Assembly (NCBI GenBank): GCA_050186075.1
Contig: JBFWYU010000013.1
Span: 6,185-70,184 of the forward strand
Direction of reading: 5' to 3'
Source: Bacteroidia bacterium
GTDB taxonomy: Bacteria > Bacteroidota > Bacteroidia > SXHM01
DNA length: 64,000 nucleotides
Both the position numbers and the translations under genes were made by a program. Each line of letters begins with the position of its first letter. The first letter of the stretch is position 1. The notes under the pieces are model-generated. The model was not told the DNA's origin and made no database searches. It saw only the letters and a list, made by a program, of their open reading frames with translations. Shown here piece after piece: positions 17,956 through 28,181 of this stretch.

Positions 17956-18005
17956 GTTGGCAGTGGCAGTAGGTAGTCCGTATTACTGCCTACTGCCGCT
18001 GCCAA
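17956..18005. terminator. Long bidirectional terminator hairpin (gttggcagtggcagtaggtag ... ctgcctactgccgctgccaac)
   Basis: The ~20-bp stem lies between convergent genes. Confidence 0.7.
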
Positions 18006-18012
18006 CTCATAA

Positions 18013-19380
18013 CTATACCACCGGCAGCTTCACTGTAAAAACACTTCCTTTTTTTTCGGTTGAATCAACGCTGACAGTTCCCCCGTGCAGGCGCACAATT
18101 TTTTCAACTAATGATAACCCGATCCCATGTCCCTTGCGGTCTATCACATTTTTGCCACGGTAAAAAGGCTCAAAAATATTTTTCAAATCCTCAGCGGGAA
18201 TACCCACCCCTTTATCACTGAAACGGATAACAATGTTTTTTTCTTCGGTACCTATATCCACTAAACAGCTATGGTCGGGTGAGTATTTGCAGGCATTTTC
18301 CATCAGATTGAAAAAAGCAATACGCAGCAAACGCTCGTTACCGTGAAAAATAAGACCGTCTTCGTTTTCCAGGTCCGATTCAAATGAAATAGTAACCGTG
18401 TGTTCAGCAACGCTTTGAATCAGTTCGCTGCGCACTTCCAGCAACAGGTCGTCAATACGAATTTCGTTTTTCGGGTCAATCAATCCCACACCGCTCACCT
18501 GGGCCAGTGATAACAACCTGTTCGAAATAATGGTAAGGTGATTAATGTCTTCCAGCAGCGACTCCAGTGTTTTTACATACTCTTTTTTTTCGCGCGTTTT
18601 AAGCAAAGCCACTTCTAATTGTCCGCGAATAACCGAAAGCGGATTGCGCAATTCGTGCGATGCATTGCCCACAAATGCCCGTTGTGCATTAAATGCGGCT
18701 TCAATCCGTTCCAGCATTTTATTGAATGTTTTAGCCAGTTGCGCAATTTCATCCTGTCCGTTTCCTTCGCCAACCCGCGCATTCAGGTTGCTTACCGAAA
18801 TGCTGTCAACCTCACTCACCACCTTTGAAATGGGTTGCAGTGCTCTGCCCGAATAAATCCATCCGCTTAAATAAACAGCACCAATGCTGATGAGAAAAAC
18901 AACCATTAGCACCCCGCTCAGAAATTTAAGTTTACGCAATCCGTAAATATCAATGGCTGCAGCAACTATAATGTAGTTATTGTTGTTGTAGTTATAACTC
19001 AGGCCCAGCATCTCAAACTCATCTTGTTTAAGGCGCACTTCTTTTTGGAGGCGGATTCTGGTAATTAGTTCTTTAGATACATTGATTTTTTTCTCGTCAT
19101 CGGTGTTATAAATTTCTCTGCCTGACGCATCGAAAATAATCACCTTTTCCTGCGGGAGCACACCACGCAGATTTTTATCAATCAGCTTTAGCATGGCAGC
19201 ATCCACATTGTTTTCGTCAAGCAAAAGTTTGGTGGTGGCAAGAGCTTTTTCGTTCAGCCGCAGATAAAATTCGCGCTCGCGGAACTGCGCAAAAAGCACA
19301 AAAATAGTGAGTGATGCAAGCAGCAAAACCGATGCAACAATTCCTACAAACTGATAAGTAAGTTTATTACGTATTTGCAT
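18013..19380 (-). CDS. Two-component sensor histidine kinase (2 TM helices, HAMP, HisKA, HATPase_c)
   Basis: The H-box is FVGNASHELRNPL. The G-boxes are GHGIGLSLVEKIVRLHGG. Two N-terminal TM helices flank a periplasmic loop. Confidence 0.85.
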   Translation of the reverse strand: MQIRNKLTYQFVGIVASVLLLASLTIFVLFAQFREREFYLRLNEKALATTKLLLDENNVDAAMLKLIDKNLRGVLPQEKVIIFDASGREIYNTDDEKKINVSKELITRIRLQKEVRLKQDEFEMLGLSYNYNNNNYIIVAAAIDIYGLRKLKFLSGVLMVVFLISIGAVYLSGWIYSGRALQPISKVVSEVDSISVSNLNARVGEGNGQDEIAQLAKTFNKMLERIEAAFNAQRAFVGNASHELRNPLSVIRGQLEVALLKTREKKEYVKTLESLLEDINHLTIISNRLLSLAQVSGVGLIDPKNEIRIDDLLLEVRSELIQSVAEHTVTISFESDLENEDGLIFHGNERLLRIAFFNLMENACKYSPDHSCLVDIGTEEKNIVIRFSDKGVGIPAEDLKNIFEPFYRGKNVIDRKGHGIGLSLVEKIVRLHGGTVSVDSTEKKGSVFTVKLPVV

Positions 19381-20053
19381 CAGGTTCGCGGAAAATATAA
19401 CCCATGCCTATTTGTGTGTGAATAAATTTGGTGGCGTAATCCTTGTCAATTTTTTTGCGCAAAAAATTCACATATACATCAATTACGTTGGTGCCCGTAT
19501 CAAACTGTACATCCCAAACCGATTTGGCAATATCCTGCCGGGTTACCACACGCCCCTTATTTCTTATTAAATATTCAAGCAACTGATATTCCTTGGTAGT
19601 AAGGCTTATTTTTTTTCCTCCGCGCGAAACCGTTTTGTCATCTAAATTCAACTCCAGATCACCAACCACTAATTTATTGGTAGGCTGCATCATGTTGTTT
19701 TTGCGTTTTGCCAGGGCGTTAATACGCGCCACCAATTCAGCAAACTCAAAGGGCTTTACCAGATAATCATCAGCGCCCATGTCAAAGCCGGTTACTTTAT
19801 CCGAAGTGCTGCCTAATGCCGTAAGCATAAGAATGGGAACATTGGATGTTTTGCGTATTTCTTTGGCAAGTTCCAGTCCGTTGATATAAGGAATAATAAT
19901 GTCAAGAATAATAATGTCGTGATCACCTTTTAATGCAAGCCTTTTTCCCATTTGTCCGTCATAGGCAACATCAACCTGATGATGCTGTTCTTCCAGACCT
20001 TGTTTTAAAAATGCCGCAGCCTTTGGCTCATCTTCAATCACTAAAATCTTCAT
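19367..20053 (-). CDS. OmpR-family response regulator (REC plus winged-helix DNA-binding domain)
   Basis: MKILVIEDEP...DIIILD is the receiver domain, and the C-terminal LTTKEYQLLEYLIRNKGRVVTRQDI matches trans_reg_C. I chose the start at the internal MKILV; the ORF extends 17 codons further upstream. It overlaps the kinase gene by 14 nt, so the two form an operon. Confidence 0.85.
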   Translation of the reverse strand: MKILVIEDEPKAAAFLKQGLEEQHHQVDVAYDGQMGKRLALKGDHDIIILDIIIPYINGLELAKEIRKTSNVPILMLTALGSTSDKVTGFDMGADDYLVKPFEFAELVARINALAKRKNNMMQPTNKLVVGDLELNLDDKTVSRGGKKISLTTKEYQLLEYLIRNKGRVVTRQDIAKSVWDVQFDTGTNVIDVYVNFLRKKIDKDYATKFIHTQIGMGYIFREPDANT

Positions 20054-20161
20054 GGTTTTTTCGGGTAGTGGTTTTATAAATACCGCGCGAATTTCGGAAA
20101 TCATAATTAAAGATAGATTAAATGTTTTCTACCGCTTATCTTTGTCGAAAATAAAACCACA

Positions 20162-21652
20162 TTGGGCGAAATTAAAAAGCAGGGACTGCAAAATGCGGCA
20201 ATAGCTAACATAGCAATTGCTGTTGGTTTTATAAGCACACTTGTTATACAACCCTATTTTTTAAAACCCGAAGAAATCGGGTTGATAAAAATACTCTATT
20301 CCTGTTCGCTGCTTATTTCTACCGTTATTCCGTTAGGAATGGTAAATGCGGGCTATAAATTTTTCCCTCAGTTCAGGAACAAAGAAAAGCGGCATCATGG
20401 TTTTTTTACCTTCATGATGCTGTTTCCGCTTGCCGGTTTTTTTATTGTAAGTCTTATTGTGTTTGCCTTCAGAGAGCGCATAATTGATGCCTACTCTGTT
20501 AAGTCGGTTTTGTTTTCCGAGTTTTTTGATTACGTCTTTCCGCTATCATTATTTCTTGCGTTTGTTTCGGTGTTAAGTGTTTACAGCGCATCACTTTTTA
20601 AATCCACCTTTCCTACCTTTATTACCGAATTAACTACCAAACTTTTTCCGGTAGTTGTTATCTCGCTTTACTACCTTAAAATAATTGATATTGATTGGTT
20701 TGTTCTGCTCTATGTTTTATGCTACGGATTGATAGTTGTTATTTTACTGGTCTATGTTTTTATAATTGACAAACCGCTTGCAGCAATTGACCGCACTAAA
20801 TTCACAAAGTCCAAGTTCACCGAAATTGCTGTTTATTCGTTAAGTTTTTTCTTTGCTTCGTTTGCTTCTATGGGTTTAAAACAATTAGAAGCTCCCATGA
20901 TGGGTTTGTTTGTTGATCTGGCATTGGTGGGTATATATGCCACAGTTGTTACCATACCCGTTGTAATTGAAATGCCGCTGCATGCTCTTGAAAAAATTGC
21001 CGGAGCAAAAATTTCAGAAGCATTTACACACAACCGTATTGATGAAGTAAAAACTATTTATTACCGAGCATCAAAATACCTTTTTCTTGCCGGTGGATTA
21101 CTTTTTCTCGGAGTAAACCTCAATATTCATAAACTGCTCTGGCTCTTGCCTAAAGAAAAAGAATTCTGGAAAGGTGAAAATGTAGTGTACATCATTTCGC
21201 TGGGCACCCTGTTTAATATGGCTACCAGTGTAAATAATCCTATTTTGTTTAACTCAAAACACTACCGTTACGGCCTGGGATTACTGGCATTTCTTATTGT
21301 AATCTCCTATGTAAATTATCAGATTTTTATTCCCTTGTGGGGAATGGAAGGAGCCGCTTTTGCAACCGTTCTGTCAAGTGTTGCCTATAATTTTTTAAAA
21401 TTCTTTTTTATCTGGTACAAAATGGAGCTGCAGCCGTTTGACAGCACTTCGTTGAAAACACTTTTGCTGATTGCTGCATGTAGTTTGCTGTGGTTTGTAA
21501 ATATTGATTTAGGCAGCGCAACATTGGAGATTGTTGCAATGTCGGCTTTGGTAACGGCTTTGTATTTAACAGGTGCGTATTACCTGAATATAGTTCCTGA
21601 GTTGTTTCAGTTGAAACACATTTCAGACATAAAAAAGCGACTCGGTTTTTAA
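20162..21652 (+). CDS. Polysaccharide biosynthesis protein / Wzx-like MOP-family flippase
   Basis: The 496-aa protein has ~12-14 TM helices, and the overall pattern is that of O-antigen/teichoic-acid flippases. Confidence 0.6.
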   Translation: MGEIKKQGLQNAAIANIAIAVGFISTLVIQPYFLKPEEIGLIKILYSCSLLISTVIPLGMVNAGYKFFPQFRNKEKRHHGFFTFMMLFPLAGFFIVSLIVFAFRERIIDAYSVKSVLFSEFFDYVFPLSLFLAFVSVLSVYSASLFKSTFPTFITELTTKLFPVVVISLYYLKIIDIDWFVLLYVLCYGLIVVILLVYVFIIDKPLAAIDRTKFTKSKFTEIAVYSLSFFFASFASMGLKQLEAPMMGLFVDLALVGIYATVVTIPVVIEMPLHALEKIAGAKISEAFTHNRIDEVKTIYYRASKYLFLAGGLLFLGVNLNIHKLLWLLPKEKEFWKGENVVYIISLGTLFNMATSVNNPILFNSKHYRYGLGLLAFLIVISYVNYQIFIPLWGMEGAAFATVLSSVAYNFLKFFFIWYKMELQPFDSTSLKTLLLIAACSLLWFVNIDLGSATLEIVAMSALVTALYLTGAYYLNIVPELFQLKHISDIKKRLGF

Positions 21653-21657
21653 ATAAA

Positions 21658-21689
21658 ATGGAGGGGCACAAAATTTTGTGCCCCTCCAT
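21658..21689. terminator. Terminator hairpin ggaggggcacaaaattttgtgcccctcc
   Basis: An 11-bp perfect stem lies between convergent genes. Confidence 0.7.
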
Positions 21690-21693
21690 TTTA

Positions 21694-22119
21694 TTATTCT
21701 TTATACGGTAACCAGGTCTGCGTTCTGTAAATAAACAAAACATAACCGCGCACTTTCAGATTTCCGCCTTCCAGCCATAGCTTGCAATCATAAATAGTTC
21801 CTTTTTTAGGATCCATAATTGTTCCGTCTTCCCATTCGCTGCCATCTTTTTCCATATCACGGATAATTTCAAGTCCGATAACTTTTTTTCCCTTGCGGTC
21901 GTCTTCGCACTTGTCGCAAACCGGATCTTGTTCTTCGCCCGGATCACGGAATAGTTTTATGATTTTTCCATAAACCTTTCCATTTTTTTCAAAAATTTCA
22001 ACTACCGATTTTGGTTTACCTGTTTCGTCATCAATGGTTTTCCATTTGCCTACAATTGATTGTGCCGACACTGTTGCCGCACTGATGAAGAGAATGATTA
22101 AGATACTGAGTTGTTTCAT
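21694..22119 (-). CDS. DUF2147-family secreted protein
   Basis: It has a signal peptide, then GKWKTIDDETGKPKSVVEIFEKNGKVYGKI...GTIYDCKLW, which resembles DUF2147. Confidence 0.6.
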   Translation of the reverse strand: MKQLSILIILFISAATVSAQSIVGKWKTIDDETGKPKSVVEIFEKNGKVYGKIIKLFRDPGEEQDPVCDKCEDDRKGKKVIGLEIIRDMEKDGSEWEDGTIMDPKKGTIYDCKLWLEGGNLKVRGYVLFIYRTQTWLPYKE

Positions 22120-22157
22120 AAAGTTTAGAAAGTTAAATGTTTAGAATTTGTGCAAAT

Positions 22158-25100
22158 TTAAAAAGCTCTGTTAATTCCTACCACCCAACGGAATTTTAGA
22201 TAATCGGGTTCAACGGCAGGTGTGCGGTTTAAGAAGAATGGCATATCAAATCGGATGGTAAGTGGTTTAGCCATCTGTAAGGTTCCCCACTTTTTGATTA
22301 CAAGAGCCGTGCCAACACCGGCATCCATGCGGAAATCTGCAAAATGCAGTTTGTTTCCTTGTTGGTTAGAGTTAATAATTCCTGCATCAGCAAAGAGATA
22401 GGTTTTAATCTGTACAGTATTCATAATAAATTTCGGACGGATTTTCAGCCATCGGTCAAATTCAATTTCCAGATTAACTGCTGCTCCTGACATGCCGCGG
22501 TAAGTCATTGTCAGCTCTTCGTTTTCTTTTTTGTACGGAACAAGGTATCCTGCATATCCACGAAGGTTAAGCCCACCGCCCTGATGAAAATGATTAGTTG
22601 TTTCGCCATAGTTTTCGGCCCAGTCGTAAGGAATAAATCCGCGCGAACGGGTGTATTTGTTGTCCATCATTTCTTCGGGATTGGCACCAGCAAGGTACAA
22701 TGCTGATTCCGGTGCAACCCTTCTTCCTGTTCCGTATTGCGCAAAAAAGCGGGTGTTGAAACCAAATTTGCTGAGCGAAAATTTGTTAACCACATTTAGC
22801 GAAACTTTAGTAAAACTGTAAGCACTTCCCGGAGCAGGGGCTTTCATTTCAAGATTCAGATAACCTCCGCCATTGTTGTAACTCAAATTTCGTTTGATTC
22901 CAAAAGCAAATGTATTGTTGAGTTTTCCGATGCCCCATTCATCGGGATACATCAGGTAAACTTTGTCGCTTTGCTCGGGACGAAGCATAGCTTTGAATTG
23001 AAAATAAAACAGGTTTTTCTGTTTTTTGTCCCATTTTTCGGTGCCGATCGAAAAGCCATACATGCCGTCTAAAGCCTTTGCCTGCAAGGTAAACCATGCG
23101 TTGTTGCCTATTTTGCTGAAAGGTGTTTTGTAATTGATAATAAACGATACCACATCAAACTCATTAAGAGCAACAGTGGAATCAAATTTTGCCTGAGCAA
23201 GTCCTGTGTTAAACCACACGCTGGCATTAAACTGATGGCGATAATTTGCGTGGCTTCCATTGAGATGAAAACCTATTTTAAATCCGTCATAGCCATTATA
23301 CCAGAGGTCGGGACGGGCTTTCAGTTCATAAGTTCTCCAGTCGGGTGTATTATAAACCTGAGAGTCAAATGCAAAATCAACAGGCGGTTTTTTACTGTTG
23401 TCGAGCATGTTGATGTCGGCTAAGCGTTTGCTCGGATCAATCACAATATTCCGAATGCCTTCGGGAACAATTACACGTGCTTCGTATGTTGGATTTAGTT
23501 TTTCCCACCCCAGCCATTTAGGTAAAACGGTGGCATCGGTTTTCTTTACAAACCAATTGTTGGGTATGTGGAAATTCTGAATAACACTGTCTTTTGAAAT
23601 TACCTGGAAGTCAAGCGGCATCTGCATTTTTCCGTTGCGTTCAAAAGTGATGATGTATTCATTTTCTTTCTCTCCTTTCTTCACGCATTTAATTCCGTAG
23701 TCAATGCTCTTGGTAGTTTCAAGCCATTGATCAAAGAACCAATTTAAATCAACTTTGGTATATTGAATTATTGAATTGCGAAAATCTTCCATGTACGGAT
23801 GTGCTATTTTCCACTGGCTGAAATAGTGCTGCATCGCTTTCAAAAAAAGTTCATCGCCCAGCACATATTGCAAGTTATATAGCATCGTAGCTGTTTTGTA
23901 ATACACATGGCGATAACCTCCGCCATGCGCCAGTTCACCCCCGAAGTGGTCTGAGTGTGTGTTCAGCGGCTTGTCTTCGCCCTTCATTGCATCAAATAGA
24001 TAGCCGTTATAAACTTCGGAGTTTATTACCTCTTCTGTTTTCTTAAATCGTTTAATGTATTTTGATTTTGGCGGAGTTTTTATTTCAAGATCACCGTCAA
24101 TTTTGCGCACCGCCCATGCGGTTAAAAATTGAGTGAACCCTTCATCCAAAGCAGCGCGATAAGTTTCATTGCTGCCTACCTGTCCGAAAAACCAGTTGTG
24201 TCCGATTTCATGCGCCAGCAAATCATGATAATCCGGGTCTTGCCCGCCATCTAAGGTGAGCATGGGATATTCCATGCCATCGCGTGCATCGGCAACCACC
24301 ATTTTGTGATAAACATACATGCCTATATCTTCGGAAAAAACCTGAATGCACTTGGCTGCATATTCTGCAGCATTTTGCCAGCGAGATGCATGAGGTTCCT
24401 GAACAACTGCCACGCATGTAATACCGTTCCATTGATATTCACCTATTCGGTAAGTAGGGTCGGCTGTAAAGGCAAAGTCGTGTACGTTTTCTGCATGGTA
24501 CTTCCATGTTTTTTTTAGTGTGCTGTCGTAAGGTGTTATAACGGAAGGTTTTTCGTCCCAGGGTTTATCTTTGAAATTAGCGATGTCTAATTTCTTGCGA
24601 AGATCTTCGGGCAGCACTTCATCTCTGTTCAATAAGTTACCTGTTGCTTCCACAACATAGTTATTGGCGAAAGTTAATTCCACATCAAATGCACCAAAAT
24701 CACCGTAAAATTCTTTGCCAAGGTGTTGGTCGGTATCCCAGCCAAATTTGCGGTCATACACCGAAATCCTCGGATACCAGTGAACTCCGTCAAAATGCTT
24801 GTAGCCGTAAGCATTGAAAATTTTCATCCTGCGCCTCATGCTACCCACATCAAAAAAGGTATGAAATCCTATGTTGAACGTGATATTTCCACCCGGGAGA
24901 AGTGGCTCGTTTAAATATACCTTCAGGATAGTGTTATCCAATTCTGTTTTCAGTTCCTGTCCGTTGACTTCCATTTTATCAACCACCGTTCCCAATCCCA
25001 TGCTTTCATAAATTCCGAAACGGGATTTTATACCATTGTTTTGATGAACATTGTCATTGTATGATCCCGGTTGAAAAGCATTTTGGTAAAGATGGAAATA

Positions 25101-25364
25101 AACAAAGCGCAGCGTGTCGGGCGAATTATTCCAATAGGTCAGTTCCTCGCTGGCTGAAATGACATGAGATTTTTCATCAACTTTAGCTTTGATATTGTAA
25201 TAAACATCTTGCTGCCAGTAGCCCGGGAAAGGCATTTTGTTTTTCCAGTAGTTGGGATTGTCTTTATTACGATAAGTATTTGGCTTATTCAGCGGGTCGT
25301 ATTTCTGGGCAAAACCTGAAATAGTTATTAAAGAAAACAGTAGTACTAAAATGCTTTTTTGCAT
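22158..25364 (-). CDS. M1-family zinc aminopeptidase with a ~450-aa C-terminal extension of unknown function (possibly beta-rich/OMP-like)
   Basis: It has a signal peptide and the gluzincin HEIGHNWFFG...DEGFTQFL motif (HExxH plus a downstream E). The C-terminal half is rich in aromatic/Gly beta-strand-like segments and ends in ...GINRAF. Confidence 0.7.
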   Translation of the reverse strand: MQKSILVLLFSLITISGFAQKYDPLNKPNTYRNKDNPNYWKNKMPFPGYWQQDVYYNIKAKVDEKSHVISASEELTYWNNSPDTLRFVYFHLYQNAFQPGSYNDNVHQNNGIKSRFGIYESMGLGTVVDKMEVNGQELKTELDNTILKVYLNEPLLPGGNITFNIGFHTFFDVGSMRRRMKIFNAYGYKHFDGVHWYPRISVYDRKFGWDTDQHLGKEFYGDFGAFDVELTFANNYVVEATGNLLNRDEVLPEDLRKKLDIANFKDKPWDEKPSVITPYDSTLKKTWKYHAENVHDFAFTADPTYRIGEYQWNGITCVAVVQEPHASRWQNAAEYAAKCIQVFSEDIGMYVYHKMVVADARDGMEYPMLTLDGGQDPDYHDLLAHEIGHNWFFGQVGSNETYRAALDEGFTQFLTAWAVRKIDGDLEIKTPPKSKYIKRFKKTEEVINSEVYNGYLFDAMKGEDKPLNTHSDHFGGELAHGGGYRHVYYKTATMLYNLQYVLGDELFLKAMQHYFSQWKIAHPYMEDFRNSIIQYTKVDLNWFFDQWLETTKSIDYGIKCVKKGEKENEYIITFERNGKMQMPLDFQVISKDSVIQNFHIPNNWFVKKTDATVLPKWLGWEKLNPTYEARVIVPEGIRNIVIDPSKRLADINMLDNSKKPPVDFAFDSQVYNTPDWRTYELKARPDLWYNGYDGFKIGFHLNGSHANYRHQFNASVWFNTGLAQAKFDSTVALNEFDVVSFIINYKTPFSKIGNNAWFTLQAKALDGMYGFSIGTEKWDKKQKNLFYFQFKAMLRPEQSDKVYLMYPDEWGIGKLNNTFAFGIKRNLSYNNGGGYLNLEMKAPAPGSAYSFTKVSLNVVNKFSLSKFGFNTRFFAQYGTGRRVAPESALYLAGANPEEMMDNKYTRSRGFIPYDWAENYGETTNHFHQGGGLNLRGYAGYLVPYKKENEELTMTYRGMSGAAVNLEIEFDRWLKIRPKFIMNTVQIKTYLFADAGIINSNQQGNKLHFADFRMDAGVGTALVIKKWGTLQMAKPLTIRFDMPFFLNRTPAVEPDYLKFRWVVGINRAF

Positions 25365-25398
25365 GAGATTTTTTTAGAAATACAAATTATTAATGTAT

Positions 25399-26355
25399 TC
25401 AACTTGTCGGAAATTCTAATTCTGCGGAAGAATGTTTGGCATTATGAATGCTTGCATTAAGTTCAAATCCAATCAGTAAAATCATTGCGTTAAACTGAAT
25501 CCAAAGTAGTATGATGATAAGTGCTCCGATAGAACCGTATAGTTTGTTATACTGACTGAAATTATCAATAAAAAATGAAAAGCCGAGCGAAGCTACTATG
25601 ATTAGGATTGTTGCAACCGTAGAGCCTACAGAGAAAAACCGATAACGCGTTTTACGCGAAGGCCCAAAGTAGTAAAGCACAGAAATGGCAAAAAAGATAA
25701 GCGCCATAATAACTATCCATTGTCCTGCAGTTAAAAGGTAAAAGGTAAACGCTTCTTTTATAAAACCTCTCTCAGTGAAAAAATTAATGGTTTTCTGTCC
25801 AAAAATAATAAGCAGGATTGCGGTGAAGGTAAGTACAGAAAGTATTAGGGTAATGAAAATTGAGTAGAGGCGTTGGATAAGTGGTGGGCGGGTTTCAACA
25901 GTGTGGTAGGTTTTGTTAAAAGCATCCATCATGGCGTGTACTGCATTGGTTGAAAAGTAAAGTGCTACAATAAAACCAATAGAAAGAAGCCCTGAGCGCT
26001 GCTGTTTAATAATATCTTCAAGTGTTGAACTTGCCGCTTTGTAGGCATCTTTGGGCATCAGGTCACTGAGAATAATGAGTAGCTGATCCTGAAATCCTTC
26101 AACAGGTATGTAAGCGATAAGCGTAAAAATGAAAATTATTGCCGGGAAAATAGCAAGAAAAAAATCAAAGGAAAGTGCTGAAGCACGTGTTTGTAGTGAA
26201 CCTTTCTGCAACCCGCGTATAAAAAAGTCGGCAGCGTTATAAAGTGGAATTCCATCAAAACCGGGCAGAATAATTTTTTTGGTAAGGTTAAGGAATGTTA
26301 CCACCGGAAGCCAATTCAGGAATTTTTCTTGTAGCTTTTTTATCATAGCTGCCAA
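25399..26355 (-). CDS. YihY/BrkB-family inner-membrane protein
   Basis: There are six TM helices, and the N-terminal RASALSFDFFLAIFP motif is characteristic of the family. Confidence 0.65.
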   Translation of the reverse strand: MAAMIKKLQEKFLNWLPVVTFLNLTKKIILPGFDGIPLYNAADFFIRGLQKGSLQTRASALSFDFFLAIFPAIIFIFTLIAYIPVEGFQDQLLIILSDLMPKDAYKAASSTLEDIIKQQRSGLLSIGFIVALYFSTNAVHAMMDAFNKTYHTVETRPPLIQRLYSIFITLILSVLTFTAILLIIFGQKTINFFTERGFIKEAFTFYLLTAGQWIVIMALIFFAISVLYYFGPSRKTRYRFFSVGSTVATILIIVASLGFSFFIDNFSQYNKLYGSIGALIIILLWIQFNAMILLIGFELNASIHNAKHSSAELEFPTS

Positions 26356-27192
26356 TTATTTCGCTGCTTTTAAACTCAGATCCAGACTTTTTATATGGTG
26401 CGTTAATGCGCCTACCGAAATGAAATCAACACCTGTTTCGGCATATGCGCGAATGTTTGTTTCATTGATGCCGCCTGATGCTTCAGTTTCAAATTTGCCT
26501 TTAATAAGTTCAACGGCTTCTTTAAGTTTATCAGGCGTGAAGTTGTCGAGCATGATACGCTGAATGCCGGCAACAGCAAGCACTTCTTTTACATCATCGA
26601 GCGAACGGGTTTCCACTTCAATTTTAAGGTTCAGATTTTTCGCTCTTAAATATTGATGTGTTTTTTCAATCGCTTTGGTTATCCCTCCGCAAAAATCAAT
26701 GTGGTTGTCTTTGAGTAAAATCATGTCATACAACCCGAAGCGATGGTTTTCACCGCCACCGATTTTCACTGCCATCTTTTCTATTTCGCGCAACAGCGGG
26801 GTTGTTTTGCGTGTATCCAAAAGTTTTGCTTTGGTGTGGTTGATGAGTTGATTTAAGTTGTGTGTTGCAGTTGCAATTCCGCTCATGCGTTGCATAAAAT
26901 TCAGTACAAGACGCTCGCTTCTGAGAATAGAAAGTTCAGAGCCTGAAACTTCCAATACTATGTCACTGGGATTTATTTCTGATCCGTCATATATGAAAAC
27001 CTTAACATCCAAATTTTTATCAGCGAATTCAAAGATTTGCTTTGCCAGATCAACTCCTGCAATTATCCCTTTTTCTTTAACTAAAAGTTTTGCTTTTCCT
27101 GTTTTGCTGTTATCAATGCAGGCTAAAGAAGTGTGGTCGCCATCTCCTATATCTTCAGCAAAAGCAGAGGCGATAATCTGGTCAATAGTCAT
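26356..27192 (-). CDS. nadC: Nicotinate-nucleotide pyrophosphorylase (quinolinate phosphoribosyltransferase)
   Basis: 278 aa; the IMLKDNHI and GGENHRFGL-like motifs fit the type II PRTase TIM-barrel of NadC. Confidence 0.8.
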   Translation of the reverse strand: MTIDQIIASAFAEDIGDGDHTSLACIDNSKTGKAKLLVKEKGIIAGVDLAKQIFEFADKNLDVKVFIYDGSEINPSDIVLEVSGSELSILRSERLVLNFMQRMSGIATATHNLNQLINHTKAKLLDTRKTTPLLREIEKMAVKIGGGENHRFGLYDMILLKDNHIDFCGGITKAIEKTHQYLRAKNLNLKIEVETRSLDDVKEVLAVAGIQRIMLDNFTPDKLKEAVELIKGKFETEASGGINETNIRAYAETGVDFISVGALTHHIKSLDLSLKAAK

Positions 27193-27207
27193 TTCCGTGA
27201 AAGAAAT

Positions 27208-27603
27208 TTATTCGTCTTTGTCTTCAAAGCGCAATTGGTGAATTGTATAGCTATCACCGCTTTTGCGTAAGAGATAATATGTTCTGTAAGATTTGGTGGC
27301 TGCAGTCAGGTCGCCAATAGTGTATAGCGAATTATCCTGAGAGTTTCCCTGATGCATTACTTTGTAGTCTTTTACAGGGTTTTTGGCAAAAAAATCTTTC
27401 ACCATCATTTCAGCCTGGGCTTTGCTGTAGGTGCCTGATTTTTCACCAATCACCAGTTCAACGTTGGGAGCAAAATACTTAGCAAGTTCTTTTGAATTTC
27501 CCAGTTTTATGGCAGCTGCAATGTTTTCGGCAACACCGGGAAACATTACTGCATAGGCTGAAGCGGTAAACAATAAGGTAACTATAACAATAACTTTTTT
27601 CAT
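27208..27603 (-). CDS. DUF4783-like secreted protein
   Basis: The signal peptide MKKVIVIVTLLFTASAYA is cleavable. I chose the internal Met start; the ORF extends 14 codons further. Confidence 0.45.
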   Translation of the reverse strand: MKKVIVIVTLLFTASAYAVMFPGVAENIAAAIKLGNSKELAKYFAPNVELVIGEKSGTYSKAQAEMMVKDFFAKNPVKDYKVMHQGNSQDNSLYTIGDLTAATKSYRTYYLLRKSGDSYTIHQLRFEDKDE

Positions 27604-27707
27604 TTTTGTAATTTGTATTACCTGCTGTTTCAAAAACCAAGCCAAATGAGTTTTTTACAGGCAAAGGCAAATGTAGTTAATTTATCTTTGCTCAAAATCC
27701 GGAATAC

Positions 27708-28181
27708 ATGAAGATAAAGCTACTGGTTGTCGGGCAGACAAATATGAAATTTGTAGAGGCGGGTTCGTCTGAGTTTTTTGCCCGTTTGAAGCATTATACC
27801 GATTTTGAAATGCTGGTAATTGCTCCTCCTAAAAATGCAGCAAAATTAGAGGTTGCAGAGCTTAAGAATAAAGAGGCTGAAAATATTCTTGCTAAAACTC
27901 AGCCTTCAGATTTTATTGTTTTGCTGGATGAAAAAGGAGTAGCATACTCTTCTGTTGAATTTTCTGATTTTCTGCAAAAGAGGATGAACAGCGGAGTTAA
28001 AAATCTGGTGTTTGTAGTTGGAGGTGCTTTTGGATTTTCGGAAAAAATGTACGAGCGAGCCAATTCAAAGCTATCGCTTTCTAAAATGACATTTTCGCAT
28101 CAACTGATACGACTGATATTTGCCGAGCAACTTTATAGGGCATTCACCATTATCAGGAATGAGAAGTATCACAACGAGTAG
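27708..28181 (+). CDS. rlmH: 23S rRNA (pseudouridine1915-N3)-methyltransferase RlmH (SPOUT)
   Basis: 157 aa with MKIKLLVVGQ and the conserved C-terminal SLSKMTFSHQLIRLIFAEQLYRA motif. Confidence 0.85.
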   Translation: MKIKLLVVGQTNMKFVEAGSSEFFARLKHYTDFEMLVIAPPKNAAKLEVAELKNKEAENILAKTQPSDFIVLLDEKGVAYSSVEFSDFLQKRMNSGVKNLVFVVGGAFGFSEKMYERANSKLSLSKMTFSHQLIRLIFAEQLYRAFTIIRNEKYHNE

